A stretch of 64,000 nucleotides of DNA from Candidatus Melainabacteria bacterium 17Bon1m (GCA_032128875.1 JAVLKG010000003.1:641008-705007), one strand, 5' to 3'. Positions 33,084 through 42,430 are shown, numbered from the stretch's first letter. A program made the numbers and translations. The notes: generated by a model from the sequence alone, not told the origin.

Positions 33084-33503
33084 ATGGACGTTTCGGGACT
33101 GAATACGCGCAGTAAGGGCCGGTTGCCAGGTTTAATCGGCATAGAAATTGTTGAGAGCGCTAATGAAAAACTGATTAGTAAGCTTGATATCCGAGATGAG
33201 CTTTTAGCTCCTAATGGTTATCTACATGCGGCATCAGTGATCGCCCTTGCGGATACAACTTGTGGATACGGCTGTGTACTGAATTTTAAGCCTGATGTGG
33301 CGTCATTCACGACAGTCGAGCTTAAGGCCAACTTCATAGGCACAGCCCGAAAAGGCACGATTTTTTGCCATGCTGAGAGAATTCATAGCGGCAAAACGAC
33401 GGAAGTTTGGGATGCCAGGGTGAGCGACGCCGAAAGCGGCAAGTTGATCGCCCTGTTTCGTTGCACCCAAATGCTTCTCTATAGAAAGGAAGCGCAATCC
33501 TAA
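33084..33503 (+). CDS. PaaI-family hotdog thioesterase
   Basis: 'NGYLHAASVIALADT', 'TVELKANF'. Confidence 0.9.
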   Translation: MDVSGLNTRSKGRLPGLIGIEIVESANEKLISKLDIRDELLAPNGYLHAASVIALADTTCGYGCVLNFKPDVASFTTVELKANFIGTARKGTIFCHAERIHSGKTTEVWDARVSDAESGKLIALFRCTQMLLYRKEAQS

Positions 33504-33505
33504 AT

Positions 33506-33558
33506 GTAGGGGAGTCGCATGCGACTCCCTGGCAGGGCGGCGCATGCGCCGCCCCTAC
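33506..33558. repeat. GTAG-type REP doublet
   Basis: GTAGGGGAGTCGCATGCGACTCCC-TGGCA-GGGCGGCGCATGCGCCGCCCCTAC. Confidence 0.85.
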
Positions 33559-33653
33559 TTATTATGCAAACCCTACAAATTAGAGATATATGACCCTGTA
33601 AAGGGCGCCAGAGTGTTCTTTATATAGCTGTGTGATAAGATCTTGCATATTAC

Positions 33654-33727
33654 GCGGGTGTAGTTCAATGGTAGAACGGCAGCCTTCCAAGCTGCACACG
33701 CGGGTTCGATTCCCGCTACCCGCTCCA
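33654..33727 (+). tRNA. tRNA-Gly(TCC)
   Basis: Cloverleaf GCGGGTG..GCAGC-CTTCCAA-GCTGC..GGGTTCGATTCCC..TACCCGC-T-CCA. Confidence 0.97.
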
Positions 33728-33817
33728 TTTTTTTCTGCATACCGCAACATCGGCTAAGAGTCTTCGCCGGTTTTTTCTAGTACAGATATATTCGTGCTGA
33801 CATTTGAGGAGCGCGCC

Positions 33818-34810
33818 GTGGTTGATAACAAAATCTCTTTGAATGATGTTTTCGTTGCTCGCAAGAAAATTGCCGGCAAAGCAATTAACACGCCGTTTCG
33901 CAAATCGGTCTGGTTGTCTGAACTGACCGGTGCCGAAGTTTATTTGAAACTTGAGAATCTTCAGGTAACAGGATCATTCAAATATAGAGGTGCGTTGAGC
34001 GCTCTTACACGTAGCAAAGAGAACGCTCTTAGCAAGGTGTTCACAGCTTCGGCTGGCAACCATGGACTAGCAGTGGCGGAAGCCGCAGTAGAACTCGGTC
34101 GCGATGTGACAATTTGCATTCCTGTAAATGCATCGGCTATTAAACGTCAGCGATTGAAAGATTACAGCGTCGCTGTAATTGAACACGGCGACGATTGCGA
34201 AGTGACTGAGAGTTACGCGCAACGCATGGCGAAAGAGAAGAAAGCTTTTTACATCTCGCCCTACAACAATAGAGAAGTTATTGCAGGGCAAGGAACAGTT
34301 GCGCTGGAAATGTTCGAGCAAGTTCCGGAGTTGAACAAAATTGTTTGCTCTGTTGGTGGCGGCGGACTTATAAGCGGCATCGGTGTCGTTGCGCAAGCCG
34401 TCAAACCGAAAACAGAAGTTTTAGGCGTTGTCGCAGCGAATTCTGCAGCGATGACTTCTTCCATAAATCAAGGAAGAATCGTAAAGGTTATGCAAGAGCC
34501 GACCATTGCTGATGGTATCGCCGGTAATATCGAGCCTGATTCAATTACTTTTCCGATGTGCCAAGAGCTTGTTTCCGATTGGGCTGTTGTTGAAGATCAA
34601 GACATCAAAACAGCGATCTTCGAATTTCTAGATAACGAAGGCATGCTCATTGAAGGCGCTTCCGCAGCCGCAATTGCCGCGGTGTTGCGCAAGCAAGTTC
34701 AAATCAAACCGAAAGAAACGGTTGGCATTGTTGTTTGCGGCGGCAACATCTCGAAGAACGAGTGGCGCGAGATTGTTGTCGAACATCTGGTCTCCCAGAC
34801 TCGCAAGTAA
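33818..34810 (+). CDS. Threonine/serine dehydratase (PLP, no ACT domain)
   Basis: KLENLQVTGSFKYRGA, SAGNHG, VGGGGL, CGGN. Confidence 0.9.
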   Translation: MVDNKISLNDVFVARKKIAGKAINTPFRKSVWLSELTGAEVYLKLENLQVTGSFKYRGALSALTRSKENALSKVFTASAGNHGLAVAEAAVELGRDVTICIPVNASAIKRQRLKDYSVAVIEHGDDCEVTESYAQRMAKEKKAFYISPYNNREVIAGQGTVALEMFEQVPELNKIVCSVGGGGLISGIGVVAQAVKPKTEVLGVVAANSAAMTSSINQGRIVKVMQEPTIADGIAGNIEPDSITFPMCQELVSDWAVVEDQDIKTAIFEFLDNEGMLIEGASAAAIAAVLRKQVQIKPKETVGIVVCGGNISKNEWREIVVEHLVSQTRK

Positions 34811-34817
34811 TTCGAAT

Positions 34818-35387
34818 TTACTCGTACAGACCTGAAAACAATCTCAATGCATTTAGATTGTCGTACTTTTGCACACTCATTTTTGCTGGTTCGTCTTCTT
34901 TGTGATCAATAAGGACTGTTCCATCTTTTAGATCTATCAGTCCTTTCAGTACGGGCGTATAAAAATCCGTTTTGGACCGCCCTTCAGGTTTTTTCGAAAC
35001 TTCAGTTTGCCCGAACTTTACTTCTTCGCCAGGGCCTTTAAAGAACTTGGTTTTATGAATGTTCTTTTCCTTGGCAAATTCAGTTGTAAAAGCGTCCTCG
35101 AATTTTCCATCGTTATCTTTATCAATTTCGACAACCGCGAGCTTGTTGTCTCCAATGATTGTAACCCTGGCTAAGCCATCGGCCTGTCCGTCCTGGTCTC
35201 TGTGTATTTCAAGCTGCATTCGCCGCTGCTGGATGGAATTCAACGTTTCGTCTGATTTGACTTTGAATTCCGGTATCTTGTACGCGTCATCAACTGCATT
35301 GTTCAAGTAAGTCTCCGACGCTACCAGTGGTCCCATTATTTGATCGGGAATTTTGTCGACATATGGTTGGTCAGGCACTTTGTTCAC
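34818..35387 (-). CDS. Hypothetical protein
   Basis: 189 aa ORF; DxDxDG-like segments 'DQDGQAD', 'DKDNDG'. Confidence 0.55.
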   Translation of the reverse strand: MNKVPDQPYVDKIPDQIMGPLVASETYLNNAVDDAYKIPEFKVKSDETLNSIQQRRMQLEIHRDQDGQADGLARVTIIGDNKLAVVEIDKDNDGKFEDAFTTEFAKEKNIHKTKFFKGPGEEVKFGQTEVSKKPEGRSKTDFYTPVLKGLIDLKDGTVLIDHKEDEPAKMSVQKYDNLNALRLFSGLYE

Positions 35388-35574
35388 CCTTCTTAACTGA
35401 TGGTTTTACTCTAAGACGGTGCCATGACATTGCGTTGACAGAATGAAGGCGACCACCCTCATTGCGAAGCTAAGATCTTTCGTCACAACCTCTCCGGAAG
35501 CGCTTGGGCCGAGGGAACGATTCGTGTATCGAGTTAAGGTTGTCGTGGCATTCTTGAAGCTTTCAAGTGTTCAA

Positions 35575-35594
35575 ATATTCAAAGTATTGCACAT
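35575..35594 (+). promoter_or_regulatory. Putative ArsR operator upstream of ABC-HlyD-TolC
   Basis: ATATTCA-AAGTAT-TGCACAT, 47 nt before ATG. Confidence 0.7.
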
Positions 35595-35641
35595 TTGCAC
35601 AGATTGTGTTAGATTCGAAATGTCTTCTGGAGTGGTATTCG

Positions 35642-37441
35642 ATGTTTTCCAACGAGAGCGTCCGTGCTCCCTATGAGCACGTCAGTCCTATGACACGCCT
35701 CTGGGGTTTGCTTGTTGCGGACAAGCACGATCTCGTTGTGCTGCTCGTCTATACCTTAATGACGGGCATTGTCTCGCTAGCCGTTCCGCTTGCTGCCCAA
35801 GCGCTCGTAAATACAATTGCCGCCGGCATATTTCTTCAACCGCTCATCGTCCTTTCGTTGCTTGTTTTGGCAGGCCTTCTTTTCGGAAGTATTTTGCGAC
35901 TCTTGAAATTTTGCCTTGTGGAAGAATTACAGCAAAGAATATTCGCGCGCATCACGTTGCGGCTGGGCGAGCGCATTCCGGTCATAAAAGCTTCAGCTCT
36001 CAACACCGAGTACATGCCTGAGCTGATCAATCGTTTCTTTGATGTGATGAATGTTCAGAAATCCTGGGGAAAACTTCTCCTTGAAGGTCCGTCAGCCTTA
36101 CTGCAAGTGTTGATTGGCCTTGTTCTCATGGCGTTTTACAGCCCGTTTCTCCTCGCATTTGATGTCCTGATTATTCTTTTCGTTTTCTTCGCTGTAAGCG
36201 TATTGGGAATCGGAGGACTTAAATCGAGCATAAAGGAATCTGCGTTCAAGTATCGGGTGGCCGAATGGCTAGAGGACATGGGGCGTTGCCAGACCAGTCT
36301 CAAGACCAACGGGATAAGTCATTTTCTCTTCAGGCGCTCTGATGCGCTGGTGCTCAACTATCTGAGAGCACGTCGTGAACATTTCAGTGTTTTGTTTCGG
36401 CAAGCGTTGGGGACTTATTTTTTTCAGGCAGTCGCGAGCGCGGGAATTCTTGCAATTGGTGGTTGGCTGGTGATCAACAAGCAGCTTACATTGGGGCAAT
36501 TGGTGGCTGCGGAACTAGTTGTTTTAAACGTGCTATCGGCTCTGGAGAAATTGATCCGCAACTGCGATACATTCTATGATTTGCTCACCGGTCTCGACAA
36601 GGTCGGTCACCTGACGGACTTGCCTAGCGAACGCGAAGGCGGAGTCACTCTGCCCGAGAGCTCGGGCGGGCTGAGTGTAGAGTGCATGAAATTGCATTTC
36701 TCTTACGGAACAAGAGAAATACTCAGCGATCTGGAGTTGGAATTGCAAGCGGGTGAGCGAGCCAGTCTCGTTGGTGCCAGCGGGGCCGGCAAGACAACTC
36801 TTGCATCCATCATCTGTGGATTGCAGGAAGCGTTGCACGGAACCGTGGAGGTGGGCGGTTTCGACGTGCGAGATCTAGACCTGAAAGACCTGCGCAAACG
36901 GGTCGGTTTGGTTGGGGACATCAATGAAATTTTCGAAGGCACCATTGAAGAGAATGTTGGGCTGGGCAGACCGACGGTTTCCCATCAGGATATTCGCTGG
37001 GCTCTTGATGCTGCACAATTTTCTGATGATCTCGTGCATCTTCCGGATGGTATCAATACGATGCTGGTTAGTGGCGGGCGAAATTTGTCGCGTGGACAGG
37101 TTCAAAGGCTCTTGATCGCAAGAGCCGTAGCCGAACGTCCTCGGCTCTTGATACTGGATGAAGCATTCACCGGAATTGATGAAAAAACAAAATTGAAGAT
37201 CATTGATTCATTGCTCGCTCGCGAAAATGACTGGACGGTGCTCGATATTTCTCACGATGCTGAAGTCGTTATGCGCTCGGATAAAGTCTATGTGCTCGGT
37301 GGCGGCAAAATTAGTGAATGTGGGACGCCGGCAGATCTCGCCTGGCGTAACGAGAGCGAATTTTCAACTCTCTTTCCTGACCTGGCAACGCAAATTCGCA
37401 TGGTCGAGAGAAGAAAAAAAGAGCGTGTGGGGAAACTGTAA
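35642..37441 (+). CDS. Type I secretion-like ABC exporter (TMD+NBD, no C39 peptidase)
   Basis: GASGAGKTT, LSRGQ, LILDEA; GGAG SD before ATG 35642. Confidence 0.92.
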   Translation: MFSNESVRAPYEHVSPMTRLWGLLVADKHDLVVLLVYTLMTGIVSLAVPLAAQALVNTIAAGIFLQPLIVLSLLVLAGLLFGSILRLLKFCLVEELQQRIFARITLRLGERIPVIKASALNTEYMPELINRFFDVMNVQKSWGKLLLEGPSALLQVLIGLVLMAFYSPFLLAFDVLIILFVFFAVSVLGIGGLKSSIKESAFKYRVAEWLEDMGRCQTSLKTNGISHFLFRRSDALVLNYLRARREHFSVLFRQALGTYFFQAVASAGILAIGGWLVINKQLTLGQLVAAELVVLNVLSALEKLIRNCDTFYDLLTGLDKVGHLTDLPSEREGGVTLPESSGGLSVECMKLHFSYGTREILSDLELELQAGERASLVGASGAGKTTLASIICGLQEALHGTVEVGGFDVRDLDLKDLRKRVGLVGDINEIFEGTIEENVGLGRPTVSHQDIRWALDAAQFSDDLVHLPDGINTMLVSGGRNLSRGQVQRLLIARAVAERPRLLILDEAFTGIDEKTKLKIIDSLLARENDWTVLDISHDAEVVMRSDKVYVLGGGKISECGTPADLAWRNESEFSTLFPDLATQIRMVERRKKERVGKL

Positions 37442-38851
37442 ATGGATTCAACTCAAATTCGCCAGATAGAAGATCTTTCGTACAAGGCTGATTACGAATC
37501 CCTCAAAGCAGTGACATCGCGCAGAGGCTACGCAGTCATTGCCGTCATGCTTTCCATAACCCTTGTTTCGTTTGTTCTAATGCTCGTCTATGTTCCCTGG
37601 CAACAAAGCGTTGCGGGCACTGGAAAGATCATTATTCTGTCTCCAATGCACAGACCTCACAACATAGAGGCTCCTATACCTGCGCGCTTGAAGCATTGGT
37701 ATGTAAGGGATGGGCAATTCGTAAAACAGGGTGAATTAATTGCTGAACTTTCTGATCTCGATCCGAAATTTCTTGATCCGGAGCAAGGTAAACGTATCAC
37801 TTTTCAAAAGCACGCTCTTCTTGCACGTAGAGGTGCCGCTTCAAACAGGTTCCATGCGTTGGAAAAACAATTGGATAGTCTTAAGCGATCACAGAATGCC
37901 GCTGTGCCCTCGGCTCGAGAACGCTCTCATCAAGCCAAGGATCGCATCTGGGCAGCAGAGCAGGGTGTTGAGGCCGCCAAACAAAATCAGTTAACAGCCA
38001 GGCTCAATCTTGACCGCATGCGAGAGCTGCATGAGAAAGGTTTGCGATCAAAACGCGACTTGGAGTTAGCAGAACTTGAACATACTCGCGGTATCACTGA
38101 CTTAGAGCGGGCACATGCAGCTCTTGATGTGGCGCGGCGCGATCAGACAGTGGCAGTACTGGAACAGGAAAAAATTGTCGCGGATACTGATGCGACAATG
38201 AGCAGCATTGCTGCTGCAATGGCCGCGGCGCAAGAGACAATAGAGTCGACTTCAAGTGAGATTTACAAGCTCGATATTGAGTTACAAAATGTCAGTGCAA
38301 GGCACGAACAGCGCAAAGTTTTCGCGCCGTCTTCCGGGAAAATAGTACGGCTACTAACAGTAGGAGCCGGTGAGACTGTTGATGCAGGAATGGTGCTAGC
38401 AGTCATCGCTCCAGAAACACAAGATCTTGCTGCCGAACTGACTATTAGTGACAACGACGCGCCGCTCGTTGCTGTCGGCAGACCGGTGCGATTGCAATTC
38501 GCCGGCTGGCCTGCGTTGCAATTCTCCGGCTGGCCCTCAATTGCGGTTGGCACATTCGGTGGACGCATAGCTGTTATCGATGCTGTTGATGACGGACGGA
38601 ACAGTTATCGCGTTATTGTCAAACCCGATGCAGATGCGATCGCCAACGGAAAAGACGAGCCTTGGCCCGATGCCAGATTTCTCAGGCCTGGTGCTGAGGT
38701 AAGCGGCTGGATCATGCTGGACACCGTCAGTCTTGGCTTTGAGTTGTGGAGGCAATTCAACGCGTTTCCTCCAACTGTCAAACCGGAGGAACTTGGATTG
38801 CACAAAACATCTCAAGGCGATAAGGCAGAAATCAAACGCAAATCGAAGTGA
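37442..38851 (+). CDS. HlyD-family membrane fusion protein
   Basis: TM anchor, lipoyl-like halves, coiled coil, 'VRLQFAGWPALQFSGWP', 'ELWRQFNAFPP'. Confidence 0.93.
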   Translation: MDSTQIRQIEDLSYKADYESLKAVTSRRGYAVIAVMLSITLVSFVLMLVYVPWQQSVAGTGKIIILSPMHRPHNIEAPIPARLKHWYVRDGQFVKQGELIAELSDLDPKFLDPEQGKRITFQKHALLARRGAASNRFHALEKQLDSLKRSQNAAVPSARERSHQAKDRIWAAEQGVEAAKQNQLTARLNLDRMRELHEKGLRSKRDLELAELEHTRGITDLERAHAALDVARRDQTVAVLEQEKIVADTDATMSSIAAAMAAAQETIESTSSEIYKLDIELQNVSARHEQRKVFAPSSGKIVRLLTVGAGETVDAGMVLAVIAPETQDLAAELTISDNDAPLVAVGRPVRLQFAGWPALQFSGWPSIAVGTFGGRIAVIDAVDDGRNSYRVIVKPDADAIANGKDEPWPDARFLRPGAEVSGWIMLDTVSLGFELWRQFNAFPPTVKPEELGLHKTSQGDKAEIKRKSK

Positions 38852-38864
38852 GGATTACGAAGTA

Positions 38865-40346
38865 ATGCGTTTGAGTCAGAAATTATTGAACTCGATAATA
38901 TTTCCAATCTCATTTTGTGCGGTGCTAGCCAACGCTGCATTGGCGCAAGACAGTCAGCTCCAAAATGTTCCTGTGCCGAGCAATTTAAGAGGCATAGGGC
39001 TTCAAGCGCCGGAAGGTAAAAGTTTCACGCTCGAACATTTCCTGAAGCTGGTCGAGAAAAATTATCCCAAGCTGTTGGCTGCCGATGCCGAGCGGAGAAT
39101 CTTCAGCGCCAAGCGTCTGGAAAAGGCGGGTGCGTTTGATCCTGTTTTAAGCAGTATCAATGAGTATTTGAGAGTTCAAGACACATTCATACCTGGCAAA
39201 GCAAAAGACGCTATTCACAATGAATCAAGAATAGATCTTCTGACGCGGTCAGGAATAAAAATATTTACCGGTATGCGCCTGAACCCAAATGACACGAAAA
39301 CACCTTTTGTGCCGACCGGTAAAAGCGGCGAGTATTTTGCCGGTGTTTCTGTGCCGTTGCTCAGAGGATTGGGCATCAACGAGAAAATCGCTGCTGAGTC
39401 GCAAGCCAAATTAGGTGAGCCCCTGGCATTGCAATTATTCGGCGCTACGCGACTGGAAGTTCTTCTCAAAGCGGCTGCAGTTTATTGGGATTGGGCAGGA
39501 GCAAAAGCTCGCGTTGATATTGCGCGAGATCTCCTTTCGATTGCTGAAGCCAGGGTCGGTCAGATCAAAGAACGTGTAAACAGCGGTGATCTTCCTGCTC
39601 TCGATATTGCCGAATCTGAGCAAGAAATTCACAGACGGCAGGCTGCTCTCGTCAAGCAAGAGCGTGAATTTCAAAAAGCATCACTGCTACTTTCTGTTTA
39701 TCTATGGGATGAAAATGGCGTTCCTCGTAATGTACCTGGTGTTGAGGACGTACCTGCTCTAAAGCCCGAGCCTCGTAAATTAGCGGACTCCGAATGGTTG
39801 GACGGACGCAAAATGGCGTTGGCACTTCGCCCAGAATTAAAGAAAATTGCTTTGGAGCGAGATCAAGTAAAAGTCGATTTGCGTCTTGCGGAAAACATGA
39901 TCCTTCCGTCGATGGATGCATACGTCTTGCAAGGCGCAGACACGGGTCCTCAGGGGATCGGTCCGATTGTCAGGGCGGGGGTGGCTGTTTCGGCTCCATT
40001 GAGGCAGCGAACCGCAAGAGGCCAGGCACAAGCTGCCAGACTGAAACTTCAAAAGCTAAATCTGGATGAGAAAGCCGAGAAATTGCGTATTCAAGCCGAG
40101 GTGGATGACACAGTTTCAGCCATAAATACTTCATATGAGCGGTGGGCTGCCACTATGGTTGAAGTGCAGAAAGCAAAGCAGGTGGAAAAGGGTGAGCGTT
40201 TGCGCTTTGGTGCGGGTGACAGCACTTTGTTTCTCGTCAATCAAAGAGAAAGAGCTTCTGCCGAAGCGCAGCTGCGACTGGCTGAGGTACATGTTGAATA
40301 TTTACAGTCCATGGCTGCTTTTCGTGCTGTCACTTGCAAACTATGA
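38865..40346 (+). CDS. TolC-family outer-membrane channel
   Basis: Signal peptide, 'GAFDP', 'RF.AGDSTLFLVNQRE'. Confidence 0.92.
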   Translation: MRLSQKLLNSIIFPISFCAVLANAALAQDSQLQNVPVPSNLRGIGLQAPEGKSFTLEHFLKLVEKNYPKLLAADAERRIFSAKRLEKAGAFDPVLSSINEYLRVQDTFIPGKAKDAIHNESRIDLLTRSGIKIFTGMRLNPNDTKTPFVPTGKSGEYFAGVSVPLLRGLGINEKIAAESQAKLGEPLALQLFGATRLEVLLKAAAVYWDWAGAKARVDIARDLLSIAEARVGQIKERVNSGDLPALDIAESEQEIHRRQAALVKQEREFQKASLLLSVYLWDENGVPRNVPGVEDVPALKPEPRKLADSEWLDGRKMALALRPELKKIALERDQVKVDLRLAENMILPSMDAYVLQGADTGPQGIGPIVRAGVAVSAPLRQRTARGQAQAARLKLQKLNLDEKAEKLRIQAEVDDTVSAINTSYERWAATMVEVQKAKQVEKGERLRFGAGDSTLFLVNQRERASAEAQLRLAEVHVEYLQSMAAFRAVTCKL

Positions 40347-40379
40347 AAGAACTTTCTTGACTAATTGTTGTATATATAG

Positions 40380-40399
40380 ATATGCTAATGTTTGCAAAA
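40380..40399 (+). promoter_or_regulatory. Putative ArsR operator and promoter of arsR1
   Basis: ATATGCT-AATGTT-TGCAAAA overlapping -10 of TTGACT(40357)-N18-TATGCT. Confidence 0.6.
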
Positions 40400-40418
40400 G
40401 TCAGAATGAGGACGCGTC

Positions 40419-40805
40419 ATGCCCTACAGAGCAGTTGTGAGCGCGGAGTTGGCAAAGCTCTTCAATGTGCTTTCGCACCCGGTTCGCATTCGAATAATTG
40501 AAGAGTTGAAGAAAGAAGATCTCGCTGTGGGCACACTGAAAGATATTCTTGGTATTACGCACTCTGCTGTTTCTCAACAACTTGCTGTGTTGAGAAGCCA
40601 TCACCTGGTCGTCGAGATGCGTCAGGGGCGGAATGTTTTCTATCATCTGAGAAAGCCGGAACTTGCTCAGTGGATTATGCAAGGAGTTGGTTTTATCTCA
40701 CCAGACACAACGGAAGTAGAAGATTTGATGTCTGCTATTCAGAACGTCAAGACTGTTTGGGGTGATGAAACTCCTCAGCCTAAGCGAAAAAAACGCGGCG
40801 CCTGA
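40419..40805 (+). CDS. ArsR/SmtB-family repressor (no cysteine)
   Basis: LSHPVRIRII..SAVSQQLAVLR..RQGRNVFY. Confidence 0.93.
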   Translation: MPYRAVVSAELAKLFNVLSHPVRIRIIEELKKEDLAVGTLKDILGITHSAVSQQLAVLRSHHLVVEMRQGRNVFYHLRKPELAQWIMQGVGFISPDTTEVEDLMSAIQNVKTVWGDETPQPKRKKRGA

Positions 40806-41195
40806 TTATTTCTCTCTAGCCTCTTTTGAGCGAACCTTTTCTTTTTCATCCGACCAATGATTAATAGCCCTCTGGGCCGCTGACTTGAGTAAATTGGATT
40901 CTGAATCGTCAGGGACGATAAGTGGAATTCCTTCAATCAGCCATGTTGCAATTTCAGGTGATGCCAGCCGGTACAAAATGTTGCGGCCGTCTCGTCTTTC
41001 TTTTATTAGTCGCTGCGACTTAAGCAGCGCGAGATGTTGCGAGACTGCGGATTGTCTAATGCCGAGAATGTCCTGAAGCGAATTAACACATAGCTCGCCT
41101 GCCCTCAGCTCGACAATGATGCTGATTCGCACAGGATGGGACAGAGTTGAATACATCGCTGCAAGCTGTTGCGCAATCAAAGCTCTATGAGGCAT
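40806..41195 (-). CDS. ArsR/SmtB-family repressor paralog (single Cys, ELCV)
   Basis: LSHPVRISII..ELCV..SAVSQHLALLK..RDGRNILY. Confidence 0.93.
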   Translation of the reverse strand: MPHRALIAQQLAAMYSTLSHPVRISIIVELRAGELCVNSLQDILGIRQSAVSQHLALLKSQRLIKERRDGRNILYRLASPEIATWLIEGIPLIVPDDSESNLLKSAAQRAINHWSDEKEKVRSKEAREK

Positions 41196-41224
41196 AAAGG
41201 CTTCGTTCCTTGTGATATTTGCAA

Positions 41225-41244
41225 ATGTGCAAGTATATGAATAT
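41225..41244 (-). promoter_or_regulatory. Putative ArsR operator upstream of arsR2
   Basis: Minus strand ATATTCA-TATACT-TGCACAT. Confidence 0.7.
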
Positions 41245-41344
41245 CAAGACACATAAATACTAGCAAATATTCGCAGTTTGGGCAAGGCTGGTGTTCGAGC
41301 CATTTTGCGCTATTCGATTTATCTAGAAATGTCTTCAGGGCCTT

Positions 41345-41372
41345 TTGACAAAAGTCTTCGATCCGCTATACT
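41345..41372 (+). promoter_or_regulatory. Sigma70-type promoter of pseudo-murF/dab operon
   Basis: TTGACA-N16-TATACT. Confidence 0.7.
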
Positions 41373-41393
41373 TGCAATTGTTGAGAGTTTTAG

Positions 41394-41413
41394 ATATTCA
41401 AACATTTGCAAAT
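41394..41413 (+). promoter_or_regulatory. Putative ArsR operator upstream of pseudo-murF/dab operon
   Basis: ATATTCA-AACATT-TGCAAAT. Confidence 0.75.
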
Positions 41414-41427
41414 GACTGAGGTGAACC

Positions 41428-42399
41428 ATGAGTGCAACTTTTACAGCTGAAGAAATTCTCTGCGCAACCGGAGGACATTTGAAATCAGGATTCGTCGACG
41501 AAAGACGAGGTCGGCTGACGTGGGACATAGAAGAGGTAAGGCCCGGTGATTGGTTTATATGCATACCCTCTCAATTTGATGATCCACACGACAGGCTCGG
41601 TTTGGCATTCGATAGGGGAGCTCTGGGTGTAATAGTCAATCGGCGCAGTCGTTTTTCGTCGGCTTCGAAGGATGCGACTATCATTTCGGTTTCTGATACA
41701 AAGACAAGCATCCTTGAGCTTGCACGCTACTGGCGTTATCGTGTTCAGCCTAAAGTCGTCGGCGTGTCTGGCAGTTGCGGTCGGCGAGTGACTGTTGCTC
41801 TTCTCAGCCGGCTGCTCGAGGGCACTCAAAAAATTCATGTCGCTTTTATGAACAATCTCGGTTGGTTCTCTTGCCTGGAGGATGTTCTTTCCATGCCGGA
41901 AGATACTGAGGTCTTGATCTTCGAAGCCGGAGGAGTAGAAAGAGGCGATGTCAGCCGCATAGGTGGTTGTCTAGATCCTGATCTGGCTGTCTTGACGCGA
42001 GTTGCTCATCCGCTTCCATCCGCAGAGCGTGATGCATTTATTGCATCGCTCTACTGCGAAATACTAGAGACTCTGCCTAATGGCTCTTCTGAGAAGCTTA
42101 GTGCTGTGATTTACGATGATAATTCTGCGGTCCAAAAGCGAGTAGAAGAACTGTTCGATGATCCTAACGTGAAGAGGCGTTCGCTGAGCGGAGCTGGAAT
42201 GTCTGGAAGATTGTCGGAAGCTTCGCTTAAAGAGTTGAGTGCAACCATGGAATCGATTTTTGCACAACATGTTACGCAGGCAGAAATCTGGTGCGCAATA
42301 GAAGCGGCATCTGCTCTGGGAGCTACAGAGTTTGAGATAGAAGAGCTTTTCGAGTTGCAAAATGATTCATGCGACGCTCAATTGAGCCTACTGAAATGA
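41428..42399 (+). CDS. Truncated, degenerate MurF-like Mur-ligase-fold protein
   Basis: MurF-like N and central domains; P-loop GSCGRRVT; no C-terminal domain. Confidence 0.8.
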   Translation: MSATFTAEEILCATGGHLKSGFVDERRGRLTWDIEEVRPGDWFICIPSQFDDPHDRLGLAFDRGALGVIVNRRSRFSSASKDATIISVSDTKTSILELARYWRYRVQPKVVGVSGSCGRRVTVALLSRLLEGTQKIHVAFMNNLGWFSCLEDVLSMPEDTEVLIFEAGGVERGDVSRIGGCLDPDLAVLTRVAHPLPSAERDAFIASLYCEILETLPNGSSEKLSAVIYDDNSAVQKRVEELFDDPNVKRRSLSGAGMSGRLSEASLKELSATMESIFAQHVTQAEIWCAIEAASALGATEFEIEELFELQNDSCDAQLSLLK

Positions 42400-42430
42400 A
42401 ACGAGGGTCTGATTTTAAGTTATTGAGGAA

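Noticed and set aside
33654-33800. tRNA-Gly as a genomic-island integration site
   Set aside because: No integrase nearby and I saw no duplicate of the tRNA 3' end in the window
40419-41195. Arsenic or heavy-metal resistance operon
   Set aside because: No arsB, arsC, acr3 or metal ATPase, and the regulators lack recognised metal sites
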